The position numbers were made by a program, and so were the translations under genes. This document shows positions 1 through 12,789 of a stretch of 64,000 nt of DNA, piece after piece. Every line of letters begins with the position of its first letter. Within the stretch, counting starts at the first letter, position 1. The notes beneath the pieces are model-generated. The model was not told the origin of the DNA. It ran no database searches and was given only the letters and a program-made list of their open reading frames with translations. The stretch comes from Octopus vulgaris (Eukaryota): positions 25,296,001-25,360,000 of the forward strand of contig OX597829.1 in assembly GCA_951406725.2 (NCBI GenBank), written 5' to 3'.

Positions 1-820
1 GCAGCGCTTGTATTTATTTATAACGAGACATGCTGGTGTCAATGTTTGCTTTCTTGCTTTTTTTTTTTAACTCTGAAAAGTCATCAAATAAAGGTTTGTG
101 TTTGTTATGTTTGTTAAACGCATAATTAAAAATACATTAAATTATTCTTCATGTTATAGGTGTTGAGGTGGTGTTAGTTACACTCACTATATACATTGTG
201 ATGCTTAATTTCTGGTTATAAATTCATGGTATTTCTTTGATTCAGTTATGGCATCGATTTTAAAGCTAGCTGCCATAGAGTAACTTTACACTCTGTTTTT
301 GAATGTCAGTACATTTAGTGATATAGCTTAGACTCTGGCACTCCCAAATCAAAATACCTTAATCTTCATCATCTCATTCTCTGTTTGTTGTCTTTGAAAA
401 ATCATGTTATTTAATTTAGCCACAAATTCCTCTTTTCTTCTCTTGTTTCCTTGTGAAAATATTATAAAGTTCCTGTTTTGTAGTGAAGATATGAAATTTC
501 TATTACGTAGAATAAAGAATATTCAGGTCTAACAACTGAAGGATTATAACATTGGCTCACTTTAATAATATTCAGATTTTGAACAACTAGAAAACACACA
601 CATACATCACATACATGGATGCACAAATAATTATATGTGCACACACGCACACATACACACATATGTGCACACACACACTCTCTCTCTATCTCTCTATCTA
701 TTTCTCTCTCTCTCTCTTTCCCTCTCTCTCTCTCTCATATTATTTACATATAAGACTACTTGGAATTAACTAATTAACTTTCAGTAATATAAATTTTACA
801 ATAAGTATAACCAGATTTGT

Positions 821-1062
821 GGAGGCGCATGGCTTAGTGGTTAGGGTGTCAGCATCATGATTGTAAGATTGTGGTTTCAATTCCTGGACCGGGCAACGTG
901 TTGTGTTCTTGAGAAAAACACTTCATTTCACGTTGCTCCAGTCCACTCAGCTGGCAAAAATGAGTAACGCTGTGATGGACTGGTGTCCCGTCCAGCTGGG
1001 GAACACATACACCATAGAAACCGGGCCCATGAGCCTGGCTAGGCTTTAAAAAGGGCGCATTT
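821..1062 (+). mobile_element. tRNA-headed SINE (family B, short-tail variant)
   Basis: Pol III A box (TGGCTTAGTGG) and B-box-like GGTTTCAATTCC; the first ~140 bp match the copies at 33035 and 15024; the 3' half is different. Confidence 0.8.
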
Positions 1063-2850
1063 ATTTTTTATAATCATATTTACATAATACACTGTATAGT
1101 ATAATATATGAATTTTATACCAAAATATTTATTTAATCCTGATATGACTATTTAGGGGTAAATCAGAATGTCACAATCGAAGGACCTTGGATGATCTTAT
1201 CAATTTATCAAAGCTCTATGATTCTTTGCTGTCATTTTTAGCATTGATTATGCAGTTCTGAATTCCTGCATGCTGCCTAAGAAGACATCCTTATTGTTGT
1301 GATTTTTTTATTGTTTTTATGAATTTTTTGTATTTTTAATGTCTCTAAGCTTGCATGTCCATATCCAAGTCCTTACTCAAGAACATTGCACCAATTTAGG
1401 AACAACTACCTTGTACAAAATTGTACAACAAAACCATAATTCTGTAAGCTACATCTAACCATATTTATACACGGAAGGGGCCAATACCTACAGGGGCTGC
1501 TTCATTACCTGATGAGAATGAACTGCTGCATTTGGAGACAGAATACAGCAGCACCATCAAGTCACAACTACTTGCCTAAAAAATAAAAGAGCATTTTTCT
1601 TCAAAAACCTAAATACAAATGGAGCACATTATTCATGAAATCAAATGTTACCATTTTCCTGTTCAGAGCATTACCATGTTCAAGATAGCATGAATAGAAA
1701 AGTTAATTAGTTACATTCATTATTAATTATTATAATATTTGATAATTATTAAATATTTGGTATACATGGTACATACTTTCTGTAGAATTAGGGTTACTCA
1801 CCTTCAATATGAAAGGCCAGAATAAAACAGGTGTCAATATTGAAAGTTAAACTTTAATTACTCCATATGATAATTAAAGTAATAAATAATCAATAAAGGT
1901 AATATATTGACATTATCATTTTCAGAATGGACATATAGCAAAAATAAATAGTTTTATTCCTGAAATTATTCTTATAGCATACTGTCATTACATATGTTTT
2001 TATTGAGAGAGTGAACATAATGTATTTAAATGGTAGTTTAATGCAAGTGTTTACATTTTACATTATTGTCTTTTATATCCTTCCATATTAATTGGCTTTT
2101 CACTTGGAGATTTTGCAACCTATACTGGCAAAGTTCAAATGTCACTTTCAAATTTTGAGGTTGTGAACTTTTATAATGCACTTATAATACATTTGACTGA
2201 ATATTTCTCTTTCTATATATCATAGTACTAAAGAGAGAAAATTATGCATATTATACACAAAAGGTTTCATAGCTCATAATCATTGGTGTACATTATACAG
2301 AAGTATGATACATACAAATAAATATGGTATTTGATTCATATTTTCCGTTACTATAATTTACAGACCTATTGTGTATGGTGTGTGGTAGTGAAACATGGAC
2401 AGTAAATGTCAAGAACTGTATGGTGTATTTACAAATAAATATAAAAGACCAATACCAAATAACTAACAAGCACCAACCCACTGTCCATTAAGTAGTAATG
2501 TCAAAGACAGTGGGAGTACTAGAGGAATGCAATGCACAGAACATTCAAAGCTAGGTATATGCAGCATGAGCAATTTTTCCAAATGTATAGAAATATGGAA
2601 TGTCTGTTTTGGAACCTAAAAGAGAAATTATATAAGTGCAGATGTAGTTGTCTGGTTAAGATTTGATCTCAATACTTCAAAGTATTAAAACACTCAATTG
2701 TTAACTAGTGTCTATGGTTAGATATGTTAGCTGTCTTTAATTATGGTATCTGTTTAAAGCTAGATAAACTCATAAGTGCAGGAATGAAATTAGCTTAGTA
2801 GGTGCAAACACAAGTTCAAATTTTTTTTTATAAAGACAGAGTGGCTTATC

Positions 2851-3210
2851 AGGTGCAGGAATGGCTATGTGGTAAGTAGCATGCTTGGTAACAATATGAT
2901 TTCGAGTTCAGTTCCACTGTGTGGCACCTTGAGAAAATGTCTTCTGCTATAGCCTTGGGCTGACCAAAGCCTTGTGAGTGGATTTGGTAGACAGAAACTT
3001 AAAGGAGCCTGTTGTGTGTGTATATATGTTCCCCCCCACCATCGCTTGACAACCACTGCTGGTGTGTTTATGTCCCCGTCACTTAGCAGTTCAACAAAAG
3101 AGACCAATTAGATAGGCTTACAAGGAATATGTCCTAGGGTCGATTTGTTCCACTAAAGTTGGTGTTCCAGCATGGCCGCAGTCAAATAACTAAAACAAAT
3201 AAAAGAGTAA
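2851..3210 (+). mobile_element. tRNA-headed SINE (family A)
   Basis: A/B-box-like motifs, internal GT/TA microsatellite and TAAAAGAG tail; homologous to >10 other copies in the window. Confidence 0.85.
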
Positions 3211-3262
3211 GGTCAATTTTTTTCAAACTTAACATCTAAACAAATACAGGTATGATAATAAT

Positions 3263-3479
3263 AATCCTTTCTACTTTAGATACAAGGCCTGAGATTTTGG
3301 GGAAGGGGACTGGCCAATTACCTGGACCCCAATGTTTCACTGGTACTTAATTTATTGACTCCCAAAAGGATGAAAGGCAAAGTTGACAGTGGCAGAATTT
3401 GAACCCAGAATGTAGTGACAGATGAAATATATGCTAAGTATTTTGTCCAATATGCTAATGATTCTGCCAGCTCATCGCC

Positions 3480-3481
<2 letters not shown>
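3263..3481 (-). mobile_element. SINE family C copy (second partial copy at ~3620-3765)
   Basis: Shares the AAAGGATGAAAGGCAAAGT..GAATTTGAAC core with 14363-14595 and 60553-60774. Confidence 0.8.
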
Positions 3482-3565
<84 letters not shown>

Positions 3566-3620
3566 TATGATAATAATAATAATAATTATGATAATAATAA
3601 TAATAATAATCATCATCATC
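3481..3620. repeat. (TAA)n/(CAT)n microsatellite
   Basis: Directly visible; source of the poly-N ORF. Confidence 0.98.
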
Positions 3621-4616
3621 TTTTTTACTTAAGGCACAAAGCCTGATTTTTTTTGTGCAGTAGGAGACTAGTTGATTACATCAACCCCAGTATTTTGCTG
3701 GTATTTAAATTATCAATTCCAAAAGATGAAGGGCAAAGTTGACTTCAGCAGAATTTGAACTCAGATTATTATTAATTTCATCAAGATCATTATCATCATC
3801 ACCATCATCATTATTATCATTGTTGTTGTTGTTGTTGTTGAAGAGTAATGTTTCAAATCAGTCTGAAAATGTTTCTATACTTGTTTGTTTTGGTGATGAA
3901 GTTTTTCAGGAGTATGTTCAAAGCATTTTCATTGTCCTCCACAAATATTTAGAGGGTGCACCTGCCCCCACTGTTACTGAACCGTTGGACAAACTGATTC
4001 CTCATCTGCTAATTGCCATGGTCTTACTCACAAACATTGGTACCATAAAAAGATATGATTTATCACAAGAGGAAAGGAAAGAAACATGAGACCCTTTGGT
4101 TCTGCCATTCCCAATGAAGCAGAACCTTTGAAAAGGCAGAAATCCTTTTGTTCCCTGCTTTGAAGGATACACTCTTCCTTTATTCATTACTGTTTCTGGA
4201 TTTCAAAGCATTTATAATAAATTTTTTCATATTGAATATTTTAGTATCCTGTAACAAGTTATAACCATGGCTTGTTTTTTAGGTCAAGGAGATTAACTTA
4301 GAAATGACTACTGAATGAAACTTTATCTGAAAATAAAAATAAAATAAAATAAAAGCCATCTGGAAGGTCAAATAAAAGCTAAATTAATGTTGTGGAATTA
4401 TTTAGATAATAATTTTGAACCTTTGAAATTAAGAGGAAAGAATTTTGACATTTTTCTGAATCATAAACAGAAAAATTTTCTTATAAATTAATCAAAGAAA
4501 GACAGACAGAGCTCATAACTTAGGCTTTCCTAGAATTCCTGTTTCAATTTTAATTTCTGCAGATTGAGATGAGTTGAGAAAATATAAACATAGTTCTAAA
4601 GATATGTAACATAGGT

Positions 4617-4774
4617 ACTGGCATGGCTGTATTGTAAGAAGCTGGCTTCCAAACCACATGGTCCTGGGTTCAGTCCCACTGCATGATACCTTCAGCAAGT
4701 GTGATCTACTATAACTTCAGACTGACCAAAACCTAGTGAATGGATTTGGTAGATAGAAACTGAAAGAAGCCTGT

Positions 4775-4849
<75 letters not shown>

Positions 4850-4930
4850 CTGTATGTGTGTGTGTCTTTGTGTATGTGTTTGTTCCCCACCACTGCTTGA
4901 TAACTGGCGTTGGTGTGTTTACGTCCCCGT
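4617..4930 (+). mobile_element. SINE family A, 3'-truncated, with expanded (CA)n
   Basis: GGGTTCAGTCCCACTG B box and GTGGATTTGGTAGA-type core. Confidence 0.8.
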
Positions 4931-5314
4931 ACATTATTTTATAGGCCATGGAAGGATAAAAGACAAAATTAGCATGAATGGGATTTGAATTCAGAATATA
5001 ATGGGCTGTATCTGAATACTGTAGGGATTTTGTCAGATGCTTTGCCAGTCCACTGCTTTAGATGATGACAAGTCCTCAAACACATTACCTACACTGTTAG
5101 AGAAATCAAATTCTTTATTTCCACTTAACAAAGTTTATTTTATTGGAAAATATTTGACTTCTTTGTCAATGTCTTTAGATTTCTTTCTTTCTTGTCATCA
5201 TCATGTTGATAGGACCCACATGGAGTGAGAGTCCTTTCCTGTTGCTTTAAATGTTTGTACGATAAAATATTATACATATAGTATAGTGTTCTGTGTGTGT
5301 GTGTGTGTGCCATT

Positions 5315-5690
5315 TGACTGGCACCCATGCTAGTGATACGTAAAAAGCACCATACTAGCGTTGAGCCTCATGGAGGCAGTGACAGGTGACCAAGACCTTT
5401 GGCAATATACCATGCTTGTGTAGTAGACCGGTCAAGCCAAGTGAAACCATAGTTGTGGTTGATGCCAGTGTAAGGTCATTGGCACGCATGCCAGCAGTAT
5501 GTAAAAAAACACTCACTACACTCTTGGGTTGGTTGGCATTAGGAAGGGCATCCAGTTGTAGAATCCTTGCCAAATCAGATCAGAACTTGGTGCAGCTCCA
5601 TGGCTTACCAGTTTTCAGTCAAACAGTCCAACCCATTCCAGCATGGACCACAGACATTAAATAATGATGATGAGGAGGAGGAGGATTATA
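5315..5690 (+). mobile_element. RTE 3'-end-derived short element
   Basis: Matches the last codons and 3' UTR of the RTE at 46037-46930 (TTAGGAAGGGCATCCAG motif, ATG-repeat tail). Confidence 0.8.
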
Positions 5691-6124
5691 TATATATATA
5701 TATATGTAACCTTACATTTATTATTATATATTTTTAATTATATTAATAATAATTAAATATTATAATTTTATTGCCTCTGGGAAGAATCATTCTCTTTTAG
5801 TGCCTTATTATTCTAACACACTGGTCTGATTTCCACTCACTTATTATTTTTCACTGAGTGAAAATCAGACCGGTGAGTGTGTAAAATTAGTAAGGCACTA
5901 AAAGAGAATGACTCTCCCCAGACACAATAAAATATGCTTCAATACATGAATTCAGATAAAGAATCTTGCAAACCACATACAAGAAAAAAAATAAATGTTA
6001 CAAAATTATTTTATTTTGTCTGTATAATAATGAGTGCCCTGCTACAGAGGTATCTAGGTTAAAGTAAACCATTGTAGTTTGCATATCACCACCGTCTCAC
6101 TTTTTCTCAGTCTGGGATATCAAT

Positions 6125-6870
6125 GTATAAAGAAATGCTGATCACTTGAAGTGGATGGAGCCTGTGGAAGCAGGGAGACCCAGGAAGATATGGGATGAAG
6201 TACAGAGAACAAATCTCAAGACATTGAGTTTTAGAGAGGAGATAATGAAAGAACTATATATTGCAATATAAAGTTTTTGAGAAGACCCATCCACCTCAGC
6301 AAAACTGAGTTCTGGAAACGCCATGTATTGAGTACTCTACACCCATACATGCACTACAGTCATTCACTCTACCCCACCTCATCTCAATAAACTAAACTGC
6401 TTCTCATCATGCACCACACTTGTTCCCCTGCCCCCACTGCTCCTATAACCCAGAGCTGCTTTGTCATCTGTCGCCCGTCCTCTTCCTGCAAACTGTATTA
6501 TTTCTATCCTGCTGATCCCCTACCGTCCCATGTTCGCCACTCTCCCACTCTCCTCTTGTTCTCTTATCAACTCCCTACTCCCTTGCTCACTCACCCTGTC
6601 CAATACTCTATAACATTACACTTAGATTCACTTCCTTGTACCTTGGGGGTGGGTATACCCTGGTACCTTTTCTTTCTCGTACTGGAGTTGCCATGTAACA
6701 CTTCTACAGTAAGACACCTGTTTCTATCCTAATTTAACCTCTCATCACCTAACACAAAACCATCTTCCTCAATACCACTCCCTCTCTCAGTTGAGGTATC
6801 TTTGTCTCACAAGTTATTTGGTAACCATACCAGTGCTGGTACCACATAAAAAGAAAGCACCCATTACACT
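6125..6870 (+). mobile_element. Decayed RTE LINE 3' fragment
   Basis: Residual RPRKIWDEV C-terminal motif like the RTE at 46853-47251; ends with a CACATAAAAAG..GCACCCATTACACTC module. Confidence 0.7.
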
Positions 6871-7394
6871 CGGCGGCGGCGGCGGCAAATGGTGGTGGTG
6901 GTGGTTGCTGCAATGGCCATGGCAGCGGCAGTGGTGACAATGATGACAACAACAATGACAATGTAAGTTGACAAGGATTTAGACCCAGAAATTTGACATA
7001 ACAAACAATCAGCTGACAAATAAAGCTACATGATTGGCAAGATGCATTTTTATAGACTTATATATATTTATCCTTTATGATTTCATTTTAAAATGTCACA
7101 GCAGACAAAAGGATAACATATCTGCCATAACAGCAGCAGCAACAAAAATAACACCCCACAGACAAAATCTGAAAACACAAAAAAAGCTCAGAATGAAATG
7201 AAAGAATGAAGGAGCCTTCGTGCAAAGGAGAATAATTTGGTGTCAGATGTACAATACTGAAGACCATCACATGTACTTCATCATCATCATCATCTACTAC
7301 ATCAACAGTATCTTTCTCTTATTCAAATTTTTCTTCCTCAAGTCCTAAGACTCTTAAAGATGGTTGCCTGGCTTCAATGGCATATGAGTGAATG

Positions 7395-7775
7395 AGATCA
7401 TGTCTGGTAGCTGACTTGGCAGACACCTATAAAATTATTAACCATCTTACAAACAATAACTCAGAGCACCTTTTCAAACTCCACCTGTCCAACACTTGTG
7501 GACATGTTTACAAAGTCAGAAAACAGCACAGCTCCCATGACTTTAGGAAACATTTTTTCACACTAAGAGTTGCTGAAGTATGGAACAAACTGCCGGCATC
7601 AGTTGTTAGTTGTCGGAGCACTGCATCCTTCAAAACTTCCATGCTTCCTGAGATTCGCCAACACTACACCTGATTTTCTCCCCTCCATACACACGCAAGC
7701 ATGTATCTGACTCATACACTAGTCACTTACCAGGCATTTGTACATTACTGCATATGCTTTATACACGCTTTTGAA
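7395..7775 (+). mobile_element. CR1-type LINE ORF2 C-terminus and 3' UTR fragment
   Basis: ORF 7392-7673 has YKII..GHVYKVRK..RKHFFTLRVAEVWNKLP..VV..FK, the typical CR1 ORF2 tail. Confidence 0.85.
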
Positions 7776-8554
7776 TGGGACGCCAATTTTAATGGGAAGA
7801 GCCAAGGCAATTACATTGACTCCTGTATTTGACTAGTATTTTATTTTATCAACCACAAAGTCAACTCCAGCAGGAGTAGAACTCAGATAGTAAAGAGCTG
7901 AAAAAAAATGCTGCTAAACATTTTGTCCAATGTGTTAATGATTCTGCTGGCTCACTTCACTGCCTTTCTCATTCAATATGCTTAAAACCAAAATCGCATG
8001 CAACAACGGCAACCTTATTCACTGCAACAAACACTGTGTTGGGATGTACACTATCAACAAGAAGCATAAAGAAAGTAACTGTTCTGCTCTAACTCCACTT
8101 CAGCCACACTTACATGTGGAGTGTCTATGTGGTCATTCAACCTGCTAGAAATAGCTGCTAAATCTACTTTAAATCAAACACTGTCTAATATAAGAACATC
8201 ATGCATTATATAATGAATTCTGATGCATAAACACTTCAAAAACATGTTGGTTATGCTTGGAATGTCTTTGATCAGAGTTGACCTGAAGCTAAACAATGAC
8301 AACTATAATCAAGAGTCAGGTTCAGCAATGTAGAAAATACATGTGCAGACTGCCATACTGCAAGTTGTATGAATAAACCGTTACATGCCAGAAATACACA
8401 ATTGGGTGCTCAGTCAAATAGTGGAATCCTAAATCTGGATTGCTTAATGTGTGGGTTATACACTGACAATTTACCTAACGTATATCCACTTAAACAGAGA
8501 TGATTGGGTCTAAGCAACAACAACAATAACATAACAAACATGACATATTATGGC

Positions 8555-8946
8555 TTACTCTTTTACTTGTTCCAGTCATTTGACTGCAGCCATGCTGGAG
8601 CACCGCCTTTAGTCGAGCAAATCGACCCCAGGACTTATTCTTTGTAAGCCTAGTACTAATTCTATCGGTCTCTTTTGCCAAGCCGCTAAGTTATGGGGAC
8701 ATAAACACACCAGCATCGGTCCTCAAGTGATGTTGGGGGGACAAACACAAACACACACACACACATATATATATACATATATACAACAGGCTTCTTTCAG
8801 TTTCCATCTACCAAATCCAATCACAAGGCTTTGGTCAGCCTGAGGCTATAGAAGAAGACACTTGCCCAAGGTGCCACGCAGTGGAACTGAACCCAAAACC
8901 ATGTGGTTGATAAGCAAGCTACTTACCACACAGCCAGTCCTGCGCG
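8555..8946 (-). mobile_element. SINE family A, near full length
   Basis: Colinear with 53753-54168 and 61197-61556. Confidence 0.9.
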
Positions 8947-9959
8947 TATACAGTTTAAAAATTTATGATCTGGCAGCACTGCCAGAAAATGTTCCAGTTG
9001 AAGGTAAACTAAACAATTATGGTAAAGTGTATAAACAGACATGTTTTTAACATAGGAAGAACACTAAACTTTACTCTTGATACTCACCTTTGTACACAGT
9101 TCTATACACAATAGAATAAGGACAATCCTTCAGTCCACAGAGGAGTGGCAAATTTTTTATAATGCCTGGGTGAGAGTAGCTACCATGACATAGGTGATTT
9201 GGGTGCCTAACCAATTTCTCATAGAGAAGGTATTTAGAGATGGTCAGACTTATTTTTAGCAAACCCAGTAAATTGTGATGTAATTATGATATGATAAATA
9301 TACACTGTAGTTATTTATCACATAATAAACATACACCATGGTGTATATAATAAATAAAAACTTCAATATACACTTTATACTATCATTAGTGTATATTATA
9401 AATATATACTATAAATATACACTGTGGTTATTTATTGTTATTATGAATCGTTCTAAAGATAGAAAAAGACAGAAATAGTACAGTACCTTATACTATTTCC
9501 TTTTCTCTGTCTTCTCTCTTAGAGTCTATCTTCTCATTCATGCAAAATTCTTTCAAACATGTTGATCAATGCTGAAGTTACAATATCACAAAAGAAAAGC
9601 TGTAATATAGATTCAATCCTCTGATTCTGTAAGTTGTAAAATATCAAGTAGGCATAAATGATCAATATTCAAACAAATATATCACCCAGTACTACCTACA
9701 GTTTTTCACCAACATAATCATATAATTGCTGTGTATGTAGTTAAAACGTCTCATTTGGTTTGTGATATTTCTAGGTTTGACTAATGTTAAGGCACCAAAT
9801 TGGTGCTCTTGGCTAAAGTTTGTGGACACAGTTTGCACTTCCATAGTGATGGATTCAATAGTGAATCAGAAACAATGGTTCTCATAGCATGCTTTCTTAT
9901 ATTCACTTTTCTCCTCTCACGTTCTCATGGACCTACCTACTGACCCAAACATCCTTGAT

Positions 9960-10610
9960 TCTCTGCTCAATTCTCTCTCTATCCACCTACTTGTGGATAC
10001 ACCCTGTTGATGGCCTCTAGAAGTATGGTGAATATGAGAGGATAGTGAAATGAGCTTTGATGGATGACCACCTTCATACTAAATTCATCACTGAAGTCAT
10101 TGTTGACTCACTTTACTTTCTGCAACTTTGTTCATAAATTGTACAACCCTCACAAAATATTTGTCCACATCTAGTTTCCTTAATGACCACCAGATTACTG
10201 TACCTGCTACTCTGTCAAACTTTTTTTTTTATCCGAGTCAATGAATGTCAGGAATAGCAGTTTACTCTTAGCCAAGTATTTCTCTTGTATTTGCCTCATA
10301 TGGAAGGTTGCATCCATGAAACCATTTCCATTAACAAAACCAAACTGCATCTCAACTAAGTTTATCTTATCATAAATCAGTCATTAGATCAGAAGCATCA
10401 CAAAACTCTGGGAACCTTACACCGTCCTCATTTCTCTTACCATATCCATAGCCACCATGAATGTTATGGAAATTATTGGCATGTGGGACAACATGCCTGT
10501 TGAAGTTCCCATCTATGATAACAAAGTTGCTGTCAATTGTATTTAAGGTAGTTTGTAAAAGAGTATGAAAGAAGCAACCCATCTCTACTTCTGTTAATGA
10601 CATTTGCAGA
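9960..10610 (-). mobile_element. Decayed RTE LINE, APE endonuclease and RT pieces
   Basis: ORF 10370-10603 GNFNRHV..HGGYGYGKRNEDGVRFPEFCDASDL is the RTE APE motif; it adjoins a QEKYLAK-encoding RT piece. Confidence 0.8.
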
Positions 10611-10695
10611 GTTATGTGCTGAAATATTAATTTATATAACCAGTTGTCAAGTTAGTAAAAACAATAAAAAAGATGGTTTAGTGTGTGTGTGTGTG

Positions 10696-10982
10696 TCATC
10701 ATCATCATCATCATTTAACGTCTGCTTTCCATGCTAGCATGGGTTGGATGATTTGACTGAGGACTGGCGTACCAGATGGCTGCACCAGGCTCCAATCTGA
10801 TCTGGCAGAGTTTCTACAGCTGGATGCCCTTCCTAATGCCAACCACTCCGAGAGTGGGTGCTTTTACGTGCCACTGGCACAAGGGCCAGTTTGGCAGTAT
10901 TGGCAACAGCCATGCTCAAATGGTATTTTTTATGTACCATCTGCACTGGAGCCAGTTCAGTGGCACTTGCACAGGTTGCCAT
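10696..10982 (-). mobile_element. RTE 3'-end copy
   Basis: (CAT)n tail, CCATGCTAGCATGG palindrome and GGATGCCCTTCCTAA motif. Confidence 0.85.
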
Positions 10983-11361
10983 GTGTGTGTGTATAAGAAG
11001 GAGAGATGACAAAGAAAAAATGATTATCTTATGAACTTCATCAGTTTACAACTGTTTCTGCTATAAGATGCAGTGGACTCATAGTTAAGTGCTTGAATAA
11101 GAAATTATAGCTTCATCAGATATGAAGTGCAATATCAGGTACTTGGCTATGTGTCCACTGCATCTTATAAAAGAAACAGCTGTAAGTTAGTGAAGGTCAT
11201 AATGTAGTCATATTTTCCTTTGTCATCTTATTTTCTTATTACCACTTTATACTCGTTTAACACTTCATTCTGAAGCATATGTATATAGAATTCTACAGCA
11301 GGTTATTAGTTTTGCAATGCCTAAGCAATATATATATAATATATATATACATATACATACA

Positions 11362-11391
<30 letters not shown>

Positions 11392-11394
<3 letters not shown>

Positions 11395-11888
11395 GGTGGC
11401 TGCCCCCTCATTATCAAGTATGGCCACTGCACGAAGCTTAATCAATATTGCTATCATGCAATGCCTGTGCAAGAAGATTTTTTTTAAAAGTGAGGAAAGG
11501 CTGTGCACTGAGTCAATCCGACTCACTAAGCAACAGCAGCCATAATCTGAAAAGAAGAACAAGTCAACATCATCGGTAACCACTGAGCCGCAGGTTTTAT
11601 GTCGGAGTTATCCTAGTTACCTGAGTTACCTTCCCCTAGAAGGATGCCCTAACAAAAGCTAGGAGTCCTTCACTCCCAATGGTTTAACCGTGCAATCGGG
11701 TATTCAGTCCGATTATTTCTATGTCCCCGCGCATGATACAGTCTTAAGACATTTATTGGATGGCCGTTGACTCTCAAGAGTTCCTCCGTCCTTTCACGGG
11801 TTTTGCTTTTCAGCAAGCTTGGTGGGGTTGCCAGTTTAGTCGTTGTACTGGGTTATATGTTACCAGTAGCACTTGAAAGTGACCTGAC
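11392..11888 (-). mobile_element. Unclassified GC-richer interspersed element within (TACA)n
   Basis: Sharp compositional block flanked by TACA repeats on both sides; GGCATCCTTCTAGGGGAAGGTAACTC resembles RTE 5'-UTR motifs (recalled, unverified). Confidence 0.45.
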
Positions 11889-11954
11889 ATACATACATAC
11901 ATACATACATACATACATACGTACGTACAAGGTAGTGATATTTATATATAATTT

Positions 11955-12200
11955 TTACTTGTTCCAGTCATTGAACTATGACCATGATGGCACACTGTAT
12001 TGTAAGGTTTAGCTGAACAAATTGACACCGGTGTTTATTTTTTAAGCTTGGTACTGGATTCATTTTGTTGATTTCTTTTTGCTGAACCACAAAGTTGTGG
12101 GTACACAAACAAACCAACACCAGTTGTCAAGTGGTGGTTGGGAACAAACACAACACAAACACAAATATACATACATGTGTGTGTGTGTATGCATATATAT
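11955..12200 (-). mobile_element. SINE family A, 3' half
   Basis: TTTTACTTGTTCCAGTCATTG and GTTGTCAAGTGGTGG motifs shared with the family. Confidence 0.7.
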
Positions 12201-12244
12201 ATATATATGTATGTATGTATGAATATATGTATATATATATATGT

Positions 12245-12431
12245 ATGCATTTTTTTTTCTCTCCTTGTTTCTTTCTGTGTTTCTTTTCTGTGTATCTTTC
12301 TGTTGAAGAGCGTAGGCTCGAAACATAAAAGACTTGTTTTATTTATATTCCTGAGCGCCATATTAATACAATTGTTTGTTTGTATTCCACCTGCTTTCGT
12401 CTTTTGTTTATTTTCATAAAGCTTCCCGTTA
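12245..12431 (+). mobile_element. Penelope-like terminal repeat fragment with minimal hammerhead-like motif
   Basis: Near-identical to 41692-41880 and homologous to 28690-28870 (reverse); motif at 12295-12332. Confidence 0.65.
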
Positions 12432-12789
12432 TATATATATATATATTTATGTATATATTATATGTAATATATCATTATATGCATACACACACGTATAGAC
12501 TATTATCATTATTATTATTATTAAAGTAAGAATATCATGAGGCATGTGTATTTTATTTGTGAATTTGAATAAAGTAGTTTGTCAGCTCTAAAATGTCGAC
12601 ATGTAGCTATGTTTGTGATGCATATTTAGAAAGTGACAAAGTTTTTAATACAATTTTTATAAGCAACAATTTCATCTTATCCTGTTCAAAAAGAAAATCA
12701 TCATCATCATTGTTGTTGCTATTGTTGTCACCACTATTTTGTTATTTTTATAGTTATTGTTGTATTATCATCATCAACATTCCCTGACA

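Noticed and set aside
821-892. tRNA genes at SINE heads
   Set aside because: A/B boxes are present but no convincing cloverleaf was found, and each continues into a SINE body
1509-1545. CTGATGAG as a hammerhead core
   Set aside because: No downstream stem II-GAAA-UH arrangement
1465-1575. Possible minus-strand terminal exon (ASSCDLMVLLYSVSKCSSSFSSGNEAAPVGIGPFRV)
   Set aside because: A good acceptor is present but there is no recognisable homology or supporting partner exons
3850-4200. ORF 3739-4089 as a gene or CR1 remnant
   Set aside because: The N-terminus derives from SINE and microsatellite sequence; similarity of the rest to CR1 ORF2 is too weak to call
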